Of a stretch of 64,000 bases of DNA, positions 12,579 through 25,850 are shown in pieces. Source of the stretch: Euprymna scolopes (Eukaryota); assembly GCA_053919585.1 (NCBI GenBank), contig CM132795.1. One strand, 5' to 3'. The notes under the pieces are model-generated. The model ran no database searches, had not been told where the DNA came from, and saw only the letters and a list, made by a program, of their open reading frames with translations. The position numbers and the translations under genes were made by a program. Position 1 is the first letter of the stretch. Every line of letters begins with the position of its first letter.

Positions 12579-13026
12579 TGTATGAAAAGACATTTTATAA
12601 CACAAATATATAATACAATTTCACTTTACCTTTTTGTAAGAATCATAAGACAAGACGAGCTTTACAAAACACATGATGAATTTATTTCTTCACGACCGGC
12701 CGTGATTTCCATCATCAAGAATTCAACTTCACATTTTAGTTTCAAAGTGACGTCTCGCTTCCTAGACGACTGACTGTCTCTCTCCGAGTTTCTCCCCGAC
12801 TAACCAACTCTAAAGTTTTTTCTCTATTCCTAGAACTTTCTATTTTCCGTGACGTCATACACATGTTAAAACATGTGCTTTCTTTCACGTGTTCTGGACA
12901 TACGTGTCCAAAACTTTTCCTATTTCTACGAAAGAAATTTTAACCTATACTCACTAACCTATTTTTCCAATATGTTAAAAACATTATCTTATAAGCTGCA
13001 TTCTTTCAATTAAAAATTTCATAACA
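12579..13026 (-). mobile_element. Possible solo LTR
   Basis: TG..CA ends with a short inverted repeat (TGTATGAAA / TTTCATAACA) and AATAAA on the minus strand; no TSD seen. Confidence 0.3.
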
Positions 13027-13812
13027 AACTTGACAGTTCACATTCTTTTCTTGAAATATTTTATCTATATTCTAAACAAACGTTTGTTTTACATTTTTAA
13101 ATTCTCACACGTAATCTATTTCTAAACATAAATTACGAGGTTCGAATTTCGTCTATTGCTATTTCATTTTCATTTTAACTAAACTCTCTATTTTTATACT
13201 TACATGAAAAGGGGACAGCCCTTATCATCTAACAAGTGTATTTCGAAATACACTTATCTTTGTATAGCAGTATTATATTAGAACATTGTAGTTATATAGT
13301 TTCTATAATTTTTATAAAAAAGAAAATCGACTGGAGTTTTTACTTATTGCTTCTGCGAGGTTGTTAACATTGCTACCGGACCGGACGGTCAACTTGAGTT
13401 ATTTTTCAGGAGACATCTATCAGAAGAGTAGTGTCTGCTTCAGCGCCGGGAGAAGGCTGTGGTCCGATTATCAGTAAGGAATCACAACGTGGCGTGTGGC
13501 TCCATCTATCTCCCTTGTTTGGCAAACTTTTCTTGTTGAAACAAAATAATCAGAATCCCTCATCCAATCATGTCCCTGGGAAGACGATCAAGGCCAAGCT
13601 ATCGTATTGTGAGAGTTGTTCTGGGTGACCAGAATAACTGTTGAATACCGGCCTAAAACGAACTTATATACCGGTGAGTGACTCCTGAGGGGCGTCGTCC
13701 GGGTTGTATTTTATGCTGTTTGACCCTTCATGAAAGAACAAATGAAACTTTGAACACACACACATTTCAAATGCATGTTGCAATCATTCTACAAACACGA
13801 GAAAAATTAACT

Positions 13813-14456
13813 CTTTTTTTTACATAGGCATCGCCACTTATCAAGGCCAAGAGGCCACTCGAGGATAAGGGTTAAAGAATGTACAGTAGAAATTGGACAA
13901 TATAGTAATTGTAAGTAATGGAAATTCGGTAAATTTGTTAACTTATATGGAACGGGTCATCAAAAACTTGTTTACGTTAAACTTGGAAAGCAGGAAAACG
14001 GAAGACAATTCCATAGGCGTGCAGTTCTAAGAAAGAAGCTTTGTTCATGGAATCTACGTTTAGGTTTAGGCACAGATAAAGAGTGGGGGAAATTGTTGAT
14101 AGTGTTTTCTGCTAGACGGGTGTTTCTTGTTAAAGTTTGGCGAGAGGGGCATAGATTGGAGCTCAGTCGAACACTTTCCATGAAAATAACGATAAAGCGG
14201 AGACAAACTCGCAACATCTCTTCTGTGAGAAAGAGGTTGCAGGGAAGAGAAAAGGACATCCCCCACAAGGCTACGAAATCTTTTTAACTCTATCAAGGCA
14301 AGATGTCCTTTCCTGCTCAGATGTGGAAACAGTACTCCATCCTTGGACGTACCTGGCTCTTATATAGATAGAGAATTGCATCAGCAGTGAGATATCTACT
14401 GGATCCATAGAAGGATCCCACCATTTTTCCACCGGCCTTGGCAACGGATTTAATGT
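13813..14456 (-). mobile_element. 5'-truncated CR1/L2-group LINE copy
   Basis: Homologous to 4420-5110; poly(T), 3' stem-loop and RT C-terminal motifs. Confidence 0.9.
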
Positions 14457-15006
14457 CACCACTTTTTAAACAAAATATTTATTTACTCAAAGTCTCTTTC
14501 ACATTACTGCAATTTTGTATAAATAGAAACGTATCATTTGTTAACAACGTTTTTATCTCTTTCATTTATAAAAATAAACTTCTAGCGAATTGAACAGTAT
14601 CTAAATGGTGACCATTTCATTCATAACAAACAGTTGTATCCATTTTTACACTCGACATTTATAACCATTTTAATTGTACTGTAACGTTACACACGTTTAG
14701 GAACATAGGACAAGTAATAACTCGCCTCCTTTCTTTTTTTATTTCCCCATTCTCCTACCACGAATGACTCCGCGGTATAACTTTGACGTCACTCATGTCT
14801 CTAATGTTATCATTAGTCTGTGCAAACGCTCTGTTTATAGTCGTTTTCTTTGCACACGGCTCGGCATTTGCATACGCATGTCCGCGTCCTGTTACAGTAC
14901 GTCTTGATCTTTTCGCGTTACAAAGCTGTGATTGTTGTTTTTATTATATCCCGTCCAGTTTTCATGCTATAGATTTGCCATTTCGATACTAGTGGAAATG
15001 AATTCC

Positions 15007-15401
15007 TTTTTTTTTGTTTTGTTTTTGACCATAAGGAGGGTATATATTTAATTGCTGCCCACATCAGCAATATGTGGCACAAGGCCGGAAAGTGAGAACT
15101 CCGCAGGCTCCCCTAAAGAAGGGGCACTCCTGCAATTTTAAAAATTGCCTGAGTAACCCGTCGGCATCCCCGGTCGGGGTGCCTCAGGCAGCAAGCAATA
15201 AACTTGCCCCACCGGAAAGCCCGGTGGCAAGGCCTGGGAGGGTGGACCTCCTAGGTATTACCCAGGCGGCGTACCTCAGTCCAACAGGTGCTGTACCGGT
15301 TCCCGGCCCCTTACCTGTTGGGCTGAGTGTCAAGTCACGAATCCTGTCTCCCTGCAGCCGAAGCCGCTAGGAGACCTTCCCCATCAGACTTCTGTATGAC
15401 C
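15007..15401 (-). other. GC-rich, densely base-paired element of about 350 bp with an A-rich tail on the minus strand (unclassified)
   Basis: About nine consecutive hairpins, e.g. CTCAGTCCAACAGGT/ACCTGTTGGGCTGAG, CCACCGG/CCGGTGG, GCCTGAG/CTCAGGC; T-rich run at 15007-15026. Strand is inferred from the tail. Confidence 0.5.
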
Positions 15402-16800
15402 TCAATGATTTCGACGGTCGTTTTTATAACCACGGTTATAATAACCGACCAATCACAGGCTTCAAAAGTTACTATAAAAAACTACATTTGATTCTTCGCC
15501 GATTGATTTACTGTCGCCGTTTTTGTTCAGCATAATGTCTCAACACTTAACAATACTAATAGAAATTTATAATTGAATACATGCCGTAACGTTGAACTTA
15601 ATTTTCATATAAAAATGATTTTATGTTTTTGAGTTTTTAAGATTAGGATTTATTTCTATTATCTGAATTATCCGGACTACTATTCTTAACTTGATTATTA
15701 TTTCGGCCAATTAACCTCCAACTTTTGAACAAAATGGATGAAATAATGTTTTAACTTTATTTTGAATTTTTTTTAGTTCATATTTTAATGCGTAGAATTA
15801 ATTTTATTGCTGACATTATTGAAAAAATTAGTTTCGCATTGTATTTTTTTAAAATGAGATTAATTTCTTCCCTTTGGAGAAAAATTATGTATCATTGTGT
15901 TCTTGCGAAGACATCGATATTAAATTAACAAACAAAAAACAAAAAAAAAGAAACGTGTCTTCCATTTTTATATATCATGCCGAGAATTCTTCATCTTTTT
16001 CTATTTATCTGCGTTGAAGGCATTGATACTGTCCATGTGCCTTTGGCATCGGTCTTCGTGCAGTAGCCTCATTATATCAAAAACCGACAGGCAACAGCCC
16101 CCCCCCTCCCCCAAATCAACCGAATTCGGCAGATCCAAGTAGAAAATAAACGATTCTGACTGGGATTTCTTCCATGGCAATTCAAAAGAATCCATCAAGA
16201 AAGTTGATATGTAAAAAAATAAATGCTCCCGGCAACTCTCGTCTTTTAATAAAATATGAAAAAAAAAAAAAAAAAAAAAAAACCATGAATCCTTCTGCTG
16301 CGATTCTTGCTTTGGGTTGATCGTGAATGTTTAAGTGTCTACATTAGCATATGAAAAAGAATAAGAATTCAAATATGCATGTACTCATGAAGTCAAATAA
16401 TAGCAATAAAAAAGAAAGTGCATACATATGACATCTGGCAATTGCTTATAGCATATACACTAGTTGTACCTATCCGGTATTGCCCAGGAGCACTATTTAC
16501 TTTTACCCAACTATCTATGAAATAGCACCCTTTAGGTTTACTCCTTTAGATCAAGCGTGTCATGTCTGTGCACATGCATATTAACAGGATAACCACGAGA
16601 TGGATACAGCTCCACACTACACACGGAATAGTCTATATTTTGTACATCGCATAGTGCTAGGATGCATGGAGACCAGTCGAAGATATTCCTGGTGGCCAAT
16701 TGGAAAGGTAGTACCAGTGTAAACTCTTCACCCGCGACTCAAGTTTTTATGTAGTTCTTTAAATATGTTATTCACAAAACCTCTACGGTCATGCTATAGT

Positions 16801-17469
16801 CAACTGGGAAGCAGCACTGTGGTAATGTTGTTCCATAAACAAATAAAGAATTTTTTTGAAACTTAAATATTAGAATATTTTATATTAAATAATTCTAACA
16901 TACATGGAACACAAAACATATTTTTAATTAATTCCTTAATTAACTGTCACAGCTCATTGTAAAAAAAAAACCCTGCTATATTGAATGTGAATGAGTTCGT
17001 CTCAGAGGCTTCTAGACATAAACATATGAAAATAAAGAAACTCTCTAACCAAAATTCTGTAAAATTTACAAGGGAGAAAAAGGATATTTGGGGCCAATGG
17101 ATACGCTATGATTTCGTGAAATTATTATAGTTAAATGTCATTGAAAATTTGCAAAAATGCATGACTCATAATCTCGTCAAGCACCTTAATCACAAAAATA
17201 TTGTTGAGTTAAATGAAGTAACAGTCATCTCGGATTACTAGAGAAATACATTTTATGGGATAGCTAATACAACTTCAGTGTAAATTATGATACAACAATG
17301 GGTGGAAAACTAGTGCCACCTTCTATTTATTCCCCACAGCAAACAACACTGCATTTGGTCACTGGTCGCAGTTCAAGAACTGTTCGGTTTCGTAATTCCT
17401 TGAGGAAAGTTTCTCTGCTAGAACTGCCTGTCTGTGGACCAACATTACCACAGTGCTGCTTTCCAACTG
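16801..17469. mobile_element. TIR element (non-autonomous DNA transposon) with inverted repeats of about 40 bp
   Basis: CAACTGGGAAGCAGCACTGTGGTAATGTTGTTCCATAAAC matches the reverse complement of about 17430-17469. Confidence 0.65.
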
Positions 17470-17667
17470 ATAGAGAAAACAACATCGTTTAATTTGCTTG
17501 GATAAAAAAAGACCTAAAAATCGCTCAACTATTGTAAATAAGATGTGAATGGTTTAATTGTTTCAATCAAATTGAAAATGCAGGTTTTTATATTTAAGTA
17601 GGGGCATATTAAAAAAATATTTTTCTTTATGTATGATCGCCAATCTGTAATAAAATGAAAGCTAAAA

Positions 17668-17891
17668 AGGATAAGGGTTAAAGAATGTAGAAATTGGACA
17701 ATATAGTAAATGTTAGTAATGGAAATTCGGTAAATTTGTTAACTTATATGGAACGGCTCATCAAAAACTTGTTTACGTTAGACTTGAAGACAACCATATT
17801 GTAGTCAGCTGGAAAGCAGGAAAACGGAAGACAATTCCATAGGCGTGCAGTTCTAAGAAAGAAGCTTTGTTCATGGAATCTACGTTTAGGT
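17668..17891 (-). mobile_element. CR1/L2-group LINE 3' fragment
   Basis: Near-identical to 13863-14063. Confidence 0.88.
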
Positions 17892-18329
17892 TTTCAAATC
17901 GTAAGTTTAATGGTATCAAACCCATTTTTAAATCTCGCTCGGTCGTTTTAACTACTTCCAGACAATCGTGAATAAACAAGTGCATATTTTATACGTTTGT
18001 GAATTTAATTAAGGAAACGTAGTCATTCTCTAAATAAAGGAAAAAGAATAAATAAATACGTACACACTAATAGAGCCATAAATTTAAAATTGCATTAAAA
18101 CCAGTTAATTTAGTCAAATGTACTGAAGATGCAATAGATGATATCGATTGTGATTTTCTTGTTTTGTGTAAGTAATTCAGACTGAAAAAATTACTTAATT
18201 CACTGATGAGGCAGAATCACATATTTATGCATCAAATGTATAATAAAAACTTTTCTTTATAGATTTGAAACAATTGAAACGCATATTTATGAGGCAAAAA
18301 TGATACAGATATAATGCAATACATATATA

Positions 18330-19089
18330 TATACATATATATATATATATACAGCTGAACGTCTGTGTGTGTGTCTGGTCACGAATAGGCTCCTATATGG
18401 TTGACTATTATAGAAAACTGATCACATATAATGATAGAAGATGTATCGAGAAACAGGAATGGGTATGTTTTATCTGGCATAATGATGATTCATTAAAATT
18501 GTGGGGTCTGCTTACGTGCCTTGTCCACAAAGTATAGAAATAAAAAAATTAAAAATTTAAAAAAAAAAACGTTTACAAGTATTTTTGATATAGATGTACA
18601 TAAGAATACTTTGATAAGTATGTTTAAACTTAAATAGGGATGGTACAATAAAATTGTGGAGTCTGGCCTCCATAGAATGGAAATAGGCACAAACTTTAAT
18701 AAAGACTTTTCATTTCTATCTGCGTAAGTACACTTTGATAATTATGTTTCAGTTTGAAGATATATGGTATAATAAAATTATGGGGTGTTCGTTCGCGCCT
18801 GACGTCCATAGAATGGAAATATGTCACAAAGTTTAACAAGGTTTTTTAATATAGATCCACAGAATATTGTGGTAAGTGTTTCAGTGTGAACATGTATGGT
18901 ATAATAAATTATGGGGTGTATCTATTGTATTTTTACTTTCATCATATTTTGCTTTGGTTTTGATACCCCCAAATTCGAAGCTATCACTTTACAAGCCTTC
19001 TTTTTCATAACTTATCATACTTTCATAAATCAGAGTCCATTTTCTGTAGGCTGTTTTTGAACCCAGTCAACGACGGGTTCTTTTGCTAG
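18330..19089 (+). mobile_element. Non-autonomous Helitron-like element, family 2, with internal degenerate repeats
   Basis: 5' (TA)n..GTCTGTGTGTGTGTCTG; 3' hairpin ACCCAGTCAACGACGGGT then CTAG|T; internal repeats ATGGTAYAATAAAATT.TGG.GT. Confidence 0.7.
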
Positions 19090-19476
19090 TATATATATAT
19101 ATATATTTATGTGTGTGTGTATGTGTGTATTCGTACAAAACATACACACCTGTGAAACTGCTCACGTTCACAATACCCTTCGTTTGCATGTTTGAATAAT
19201 AGTCGAACACATATCTTAGGAAGGGAATTTTCCTTCAAGATACAATACGGAACGTCCATCTGACAATACTGACGCAAATAAAAACTAACTGTAAGTATAA
19301 AATATTAAAAAATACACATTAATAAAAGTTAAATCTACATAGTTTATTCAATCATTACATGTCTTAATTTGCTTGAATTTTTCTCGACCCATTACACCTC
19401 TGTATTGTATTGCACTGTATAAATTACTTTTACGTTAACACTGAACAATGCTTCAAGCAAGCTACATTAACCTCTT

Positions 19477-19558
<82 letters not shown>

Positions 19559-20100
19559 CTCATTTTCTGCATTTTATGGCTGCGTATGCATGTGTATAAT
19601 GCTATAAATAACGCATTCAAAAGAGATGAGAATTAAAAGAGGAAAAACCACCAAACTCTTGTCTTTAAAGCTTGCATCAATTCAAAATGTCTATGCGCAT
19701 ATATTGAGAAGAAAGATTAAGAAAGATTTAGACTTGTGAATTCATGTATTATGGCTTAACATACACAGACATTCCTACTATAAGCGTCTGCATGCGTGTA
19801 GAGTAATCACACATATATTGTTAAAACAACGACTTCTCATTAGGTTTAAATTCATTCAAGCATCTCTACAAGAGGCTCTGTTTACCAGCCTGTTAGTATT
19901 AAGTTTGAAATAGTATTTTCAGATGAATCCGCACCTCATTATAAGGGGCTTTGTCTGTTTGGTCGCCGTGGTGTCTACCTCTGTTCAGGTTGAAATAGCA
20001 TTTTGAATGCAGATGACTTTAAAAATATATGCTCTTGTCCAAAGAAAATTTACTAATTTTACATGAGTTTTATAAACACTTGGTTGCTATGAGGAACCTG

Positions 20101-20172
<72 letters not shown>

Positions 20173-20174
20173 CG

Positions 20175-20249
20175 TGTCGTGAAATTCTCCCAAGAATGAA
20201 GCGCCGATATTCTGTGTAGGTTAATTACCATATATATTTTTATAACTTA

Positions 20250-20250
<1 letters not shown>
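20175..20250 (+). repeat. Decayed copy of the HHR family C repeat (cf. 51960-52126)
   Basis: ATATTCTGTGTAGGTTAATTACCATATATATTTTTATAACTTAC matches the reverse complement of about 51977-52020; catalytic core lost. Confidence 0.6.
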
Positions 20251-20324
<74 letters not shown>

Positions 20325-20404
20325 TCTCCAAAATTCGTTTCACGCCCGACCACGTGGATCTCTTGACTTGGACGTTTTAAACATCATCGTTTTAGGCCGC
20401 ACTG

Positions 20405-20900
20405 ATTATTTTATTTATTTATTTTTTTATTCAATTTTCACCCCAAACAAGGCACAGTGCCACTTTGAAGCAGTGGGCTACTATTAAGGACTTAATTAGC
20501 GGGGTCATTATGAAGGGAGATGAGTAGAAAGATGTTTGTTAACATTACACTTGAACTTCTGCATATCATTGCAGTTGGGAAAGCAGAATACCGGAAGGGA
20601 GTTCCAAAGACCCGCAGTTCTGGGGAAGAAACTATTGGAGTAAAAGGCTTTCTTGCACCTAGGGATCTCTACTGTGAAGGGATGAGACTTAGTAGCTTGT
20701 TGGGTTTGTCGGGGGTAGTTACATCGGGGAGGTACAAGTGTTTGCAGTTCGTCAGAGCATTCACCATTAAAGTATTTGTAGAACAGGCAGAGGGATGCAA
20801 CATCTCGTTGATGGGACAGAGGCTGAAGCCTAGATGACAGTTCAGGACCTATCAGATTGGCGACTCTCTTTTGAACCCTGTCCAGGAGCGAGAGACAAGC
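20405..20900 (-). mobile_element. 3' fragment of a second CR1/L2-group LINE family
   Basis: Minus translation LLDRVQKRVANLIG..LQPLSHQRDVASLCLFYKYFNGECSDEL..SFFPRTAGLWNSLP; different 3' UTR and (AAAT)n-like tail. Confidence 0.85.
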
Positions 20901-21660
20901 ATATTATATTTTAATAGCATCATGCCATGACGGGAGAAAACCAAAAAGAAAAACAATGTTTCTATCCGTACGTAAAGTTCGATTCCTAAACAAATAAATT
21001 TTCATTTTTTAAATAATATCTGCTTTGAATTAGCTTCTGAAACTTACATTTTCAATTAAAATTTAAACANNNNNNNNNNNNNNNNNNNNNNNNNNNNNNN
21101 NNNNNNNNNNNNNNNNNNNNNNNNNNNNNNNNNNNNNNNNNNNNNNNNNNNNNNNNNNNNNNNNNNNNNNNNNNNNNNNNNNNNNNNNNNNNNNNNNNNN
21201 NNNNNNNNNNNNNNNNNNNNNNNNNNNNNNNNNTTAGGTACATTTGATGATTAAAATCAAGTTCAAAATCAAATCATTTTATCATTCTAATTACAAACAC
21301 TTCAGAAATGCCCAAGTTATGTTTCAAGACTAGCTGATAATGCAAAAAACAAAATCAATAATCAAGCCAGGCCATTGAAAAACTTTTAACTATTGGAAAA
21401 TCGTCAGGCTGGTTATAAAAAGACTTTTCATCACATAAGTGTGCATATAATTTTTGTTCTGCTTCGTTTGTCTAGTTGCTATTCGCTTCTTTGTCAACCA
21501 GAACAAACTGTAATGCTCTGAAATGGCATTCAGCAGATTCACAAGTTATATAGATTCAAGGACAGAAGGGATTAATCCTTTAAGCATACATGAATGTCTT
21601 GAAAAACGGAAACATAAAGATAACACACACACACACACACACACACCTATATATATATTG

Positions 21661-21939
21661 TTTTAACAAAATCAAGACATCAAAGAATGTATTGATAGCA
21701 ACAAATAGTGTATTTCATCGTTCGTTATAATTGTTTCAAGACCATTCGGACAATTTCAAACCCTATATTGTTCGAAAATTTTCACAAAAAACAGCCTATC
21801 ATCAGACGTTTCTTGTGAAAATTTTCGAATGATATAGGGTTTGAAATTGTCCGAATGGTCTTGAAACAATTGTAACAAACGATGAAATACACTATTTTTT
21901 GCTATCAATCCATTCTTTGATTCCTTAATTTTGTTAAAA
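21661..21939. repeat. Long palindrome or foldback element (arms of about 130 bp, loop of about 15 nt)
   Basis: Arms are near-perfect reverse complements, e.g. TTGTTTCAAGACCATTCGGACAATTTCAAACCCTATA / TATAGGGTTTGAAATTGTCCGAATGGTCTTGAAACAA. Confidence 0.9.
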
Positions 21940-22075
21940 AATTATATGAATACTCAATTACAAAATATGGTAATTTTTAAGCTTTTATTTTAAGTCATCT
22001 CATTCTGACTTAAAATTTATTGGTATATGAACGGTTACAGAATTATCAATTATACAAACCCAATAAAATTCGGAA

Positions 22076-22162
<87 letters not shown>

Positions 22163-22524
22163 CTTTTAAGCACTTGAGGGCTTGAATTTGAAAAATACTG
22201 TTACATAGATTGAGTATTGTATGCCATAATGTGATCATAATTCAATGGTTGACAAGAGGGCAAAAGTCATTACTCATATGACGAACTTATTCCTTGCATA
22301 TCTTTGAAACTTGTCTCATTCTACCTTCAGACACATACAACGCTTTTATCCACTAAGTAGAGATAGAGTGAAAGACTAATTTATGAGTCGATCGACATAG
22401 AAAGATGGAAACAATATTAAAAAAGTGAGTTTGTAAGAACAAATGAATTTTATTATTAGTAACTATTTTAATATCAATTGTTTTTAGATATGTGAATATC
22501 TACTATATAAAATGAAGATAGTTC

Positions 22525-22945
22525 GATTGCTCGGACTACTGTTTTCATTGTGGATTTTTTTCTGGCTCTTCAGGTGCGTCGTGTCGAACTCGGGAATCGT
22601 TATGCTAAACCTGCGAATCCGTACGGAATTTTGAATGGAACCCTTTATTAAATCAACAGGGTATCTTGTTCTCTTTCTGTCAGCCATGACTGGGTAGAAG
22701 TCTAAAGTAATCCTTGGTATCACTCGCAATGAGGATTAAAACGTTAACTTCCACAAGAAGTCACTTAGAACTGATTATATTTAGCAATTTTTATCCGCTA
22801 CCCCCCAGATCTGAAAAGACATCTTGAGTAATTGTATCCCTATAAAGATTCCCGAGTTCAACATGGTGCACCTGAGGATGGTCAGAGGTTACATCCACTT
22901 ACATTTTGTGCGAATGACACTCAAGATGAAAACAGTAGTCTAAGT
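22525..22945. repeat. Inverted pair of decayed repeats with hammerhead-like cores (pseudo-LTR-like)
   Basis: GATTCCCGAGTTC.ACA.G..GCACCTGA.GA..ATGAAAACAGTAGTC occurs on minus (22533-22599) and plus (22847-22940). Confidence 0.55.
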
Positions 22946-24794
22946 AATATAAGTAATATAAATTATCAATCGGCATCTCGAAAATTCCAAAATGCATTTT
23001 TCTTTAACATATATTAATTTTACTTCATATAAAAATACATTAAAGAATTTCTGTTAGCTGAAATTCTGCTTAGGCAATCAACTAATATTGATGTGAACAA
23101 ATTTATACATTATTTCTCAAAACATTGCAAAGAGTACTCAAAACATTGCAAAGAGAATTAAAAACGTTTTTTCGTACCTCCTTAGGGTTTCGTTCTTGAA
23201 GAAGAACGTTTTATTTTTCCACTAGATCAAAACTTTAAATAACAGTTGTCTTTTACCTAAACTCATACTACACAGCTTGCAAAACACAAAATTTCCTTTT
23301 TAATTCACTTCATTACGTTCTGGTCTAACGAAGCATTGCTAAGTTTCCTACGTTAACATTCTAAATATTTTTTATTTAGATTCCATTAGTAAATAGTTTG
23401 AAAAAAAAAGGCCTGCATTTTTTTAAATCCTGAATATTTGTTGATTTTATAGTCTACTTCATGGCAATTCTTTAAAAAAAATTAACCAAACTTTTTACTT
23501 TGCTAACGTAATTTAAGAAGAAATCTAATACATTTGAGTCCACCACGTCACCAACGTAATGAGTTCAATTCTGCATAGAATTAGAATTCTTTTCATTATT
23601 GATTATTGTGCAGCTTTTTAAACTGTTCCATCTCTTTGCAATGTCCCGAATAATTTTGCTGGAGTATATATAAGATAGAGTTGTGTATATGTCTACCTCT
23701 GAGCATCTATTTTTAAAGATGTATCTCATAGCAAAACTAAATGCATATATGAAATTGGCAGGTATCTTCAGATGTTTTAAACTTGTGTAAAAATAATAAG
23801 TAATTATCTGTCTGTTTAACTGCCTATATGTCTATGGCCATAAATAAATTGAAAACAAGGATCAGAATTTCACAAGAATGCGTTGATTGTATCAATTTTG
23901 TATTAGTTTTTTTTAATATAATTATGTTGTAGTGTCTGCCTTCATGCTGGACACCCATAAATAGTAAAGCCGACGTCATACTGTATCTCATTTTATTAAA
24001 AAAATGTTTTCTTAAATTTTATTTCACTGCAAATAAAATATATGCCCACTAAGATGTAATAGAAATTGTGATTAAAGGCCAGATATATACGGGCATCTTA
24101 AGTTGGAAGTTGAATAGCAATGTATTTGTTTATTTGTATTGTGTTTTGGGATAGTACACACTGTACTATTAATTTCTATTTGTTGGGATTTAACTGTGTC
24201 TTTATATAAAATACCTGAAGTTTGTAATGTAGCTTTCAGTGAGCAGGTGATTTTATTAAAGCAATTGCAGATTTAATCCGTAATAATACTTTTATCATTT
24301 GCTATTGAGCTTAGTTCTATCTATTAGTTGTGTGTACATTACAAAATGCTTCGCAAATCATAAGTCGTCGATCCGTCAGCAGCAATATATACACAGTTCA
24401 ATTTGGTGAACATCCACCTAAAATGAAAAGACACATGTTGGATTGACTCAATGAAAAACTGTGAGATTATAAAAACAATCATTTATAATAAACACTGATT
24501 AAAAACGTGTTGGTTGTTTGTAAAGAATAGACTGCCTTTATTTAAATACATCCCCAACCTGTGAATTATTACATATATGGAATCTTAAGTAAGTGTTGTC
24601 ACACTAAAACCACTTTATTATACTTATGTGTCCGACAAATTCTAACCCGAACTCGAAATATCTACAAACTATACATATATGAAACAAGCAGCACGTGTGG
24701 ACTATTTACAGTCGTATGTATACTAGAAAACAGAGAACCAAACAACACATGTGCACTATTTGAACTGAATTCTTCTTTGACACACAATTCTACA

Positions 24795-25850
24795 TAAAAT
24801 TTCAAAATCATGTTTTCACTTGACACACTTTAACGTATCATTTCAAAATCATATTCTCACCATACATACTTCCACATGTCATTTAAAAATCATATTCTCA
24901 CCATGCATACTTCCACATGTCATTTCAAAATCATATTCTCAACATACATACTTCCACATGTCATTTCAAAATCATATTCTCAACATACATACTTCCACAT
25001 GTCATTTCAAAATCATATTCTCAACATACATACTTCCACATGTCATTTCAAAATCATATTCTCACCATGCATACTTCCACATGTCATTTAAAAATCATAT
25101 TCTCACTATGCATACTTCCACATGTCATTTCAAAATCATATTCTCACCATACATACTTCCACATGTCATTTCAAAATCATATTCTCACCATACATACTTC
25201 CACATGTCATTTCAAAATCATATTCTCAACATACATACTTCCACATGTCATTTAAAAATCATATTCTCACTATGCATACTTCCACATGTCATTTAAAAAT
25301 CATATTCTCAACATACATACTTCCACATGTCATTTCAAAATCATATTCTCACCATACATACTTCTACATGTCATTTAAAAATCATATTCTCACCATGCAT
25401 ACTTCCACATGTCATTTAAAAATCATATTCTCACCATACATACTTCCACATGTCATTTAAAAATCATATTCTCACCATACATACTTCCACATTTCAAAAT
25501 CATGTTCACACTTGTCACATTTTCACATATCATTTGAAAGTACAGTCCTAACTTGACACACTTTCTACATATTAGTTCAGAATCATGTCTCTAATTGACA
25601 CAATACCACATATTTTAAAATCATGCTCTCACTTACATATCATTTCAAAATCATGTCTCTAATTGATGCACTTCCACATATCATTTCAAAATCCTGCTAT
25701 CACTTGACACACTTTTTACATATCATTTCAAAATCATGTATCTAATTAACACACTTCCACATATCATTTCAAAATCCTGCTCTCACTTGGCATACTTTTT
25801 ACATATCATTTCAGAATCATGTTCACATTTGACACACATATTTACATATC
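24795..25850. repeat. 41-bp minisatellite: about 16 well-conserved units (24840-25490) plus degenerate flanking units
   Basis: Unit CATTTCAAAATCATATTCTCACCATACATACTTCCACATGT. Confidence 0.95.

Noticed and set aside
21793-21813. GAAAC and CTGATGA in the palindrome loop (minus strand)
   Set aside because: No stem II or correctly placed GAAA; not a hammerhead topology.
22484-22729. 81-aa minus ORF and a possible plus-strand exon (TTCAG|VRRVELGNRY..)
   Set aside because: Overlaps a repeat that is present again in inverted form at 22847-22940; no recognisable domain.
24820-25460. His-rich repetitive ORFs in three frames
   Set aside because: They are a by-product of the 41-bp minisatellite; the same peptide appears in all frames.
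24840-25490. CRISPR-like periodicity
   Set aside because: Units are contiguous with no unique spacers; eukaryotic context and no cas genes.
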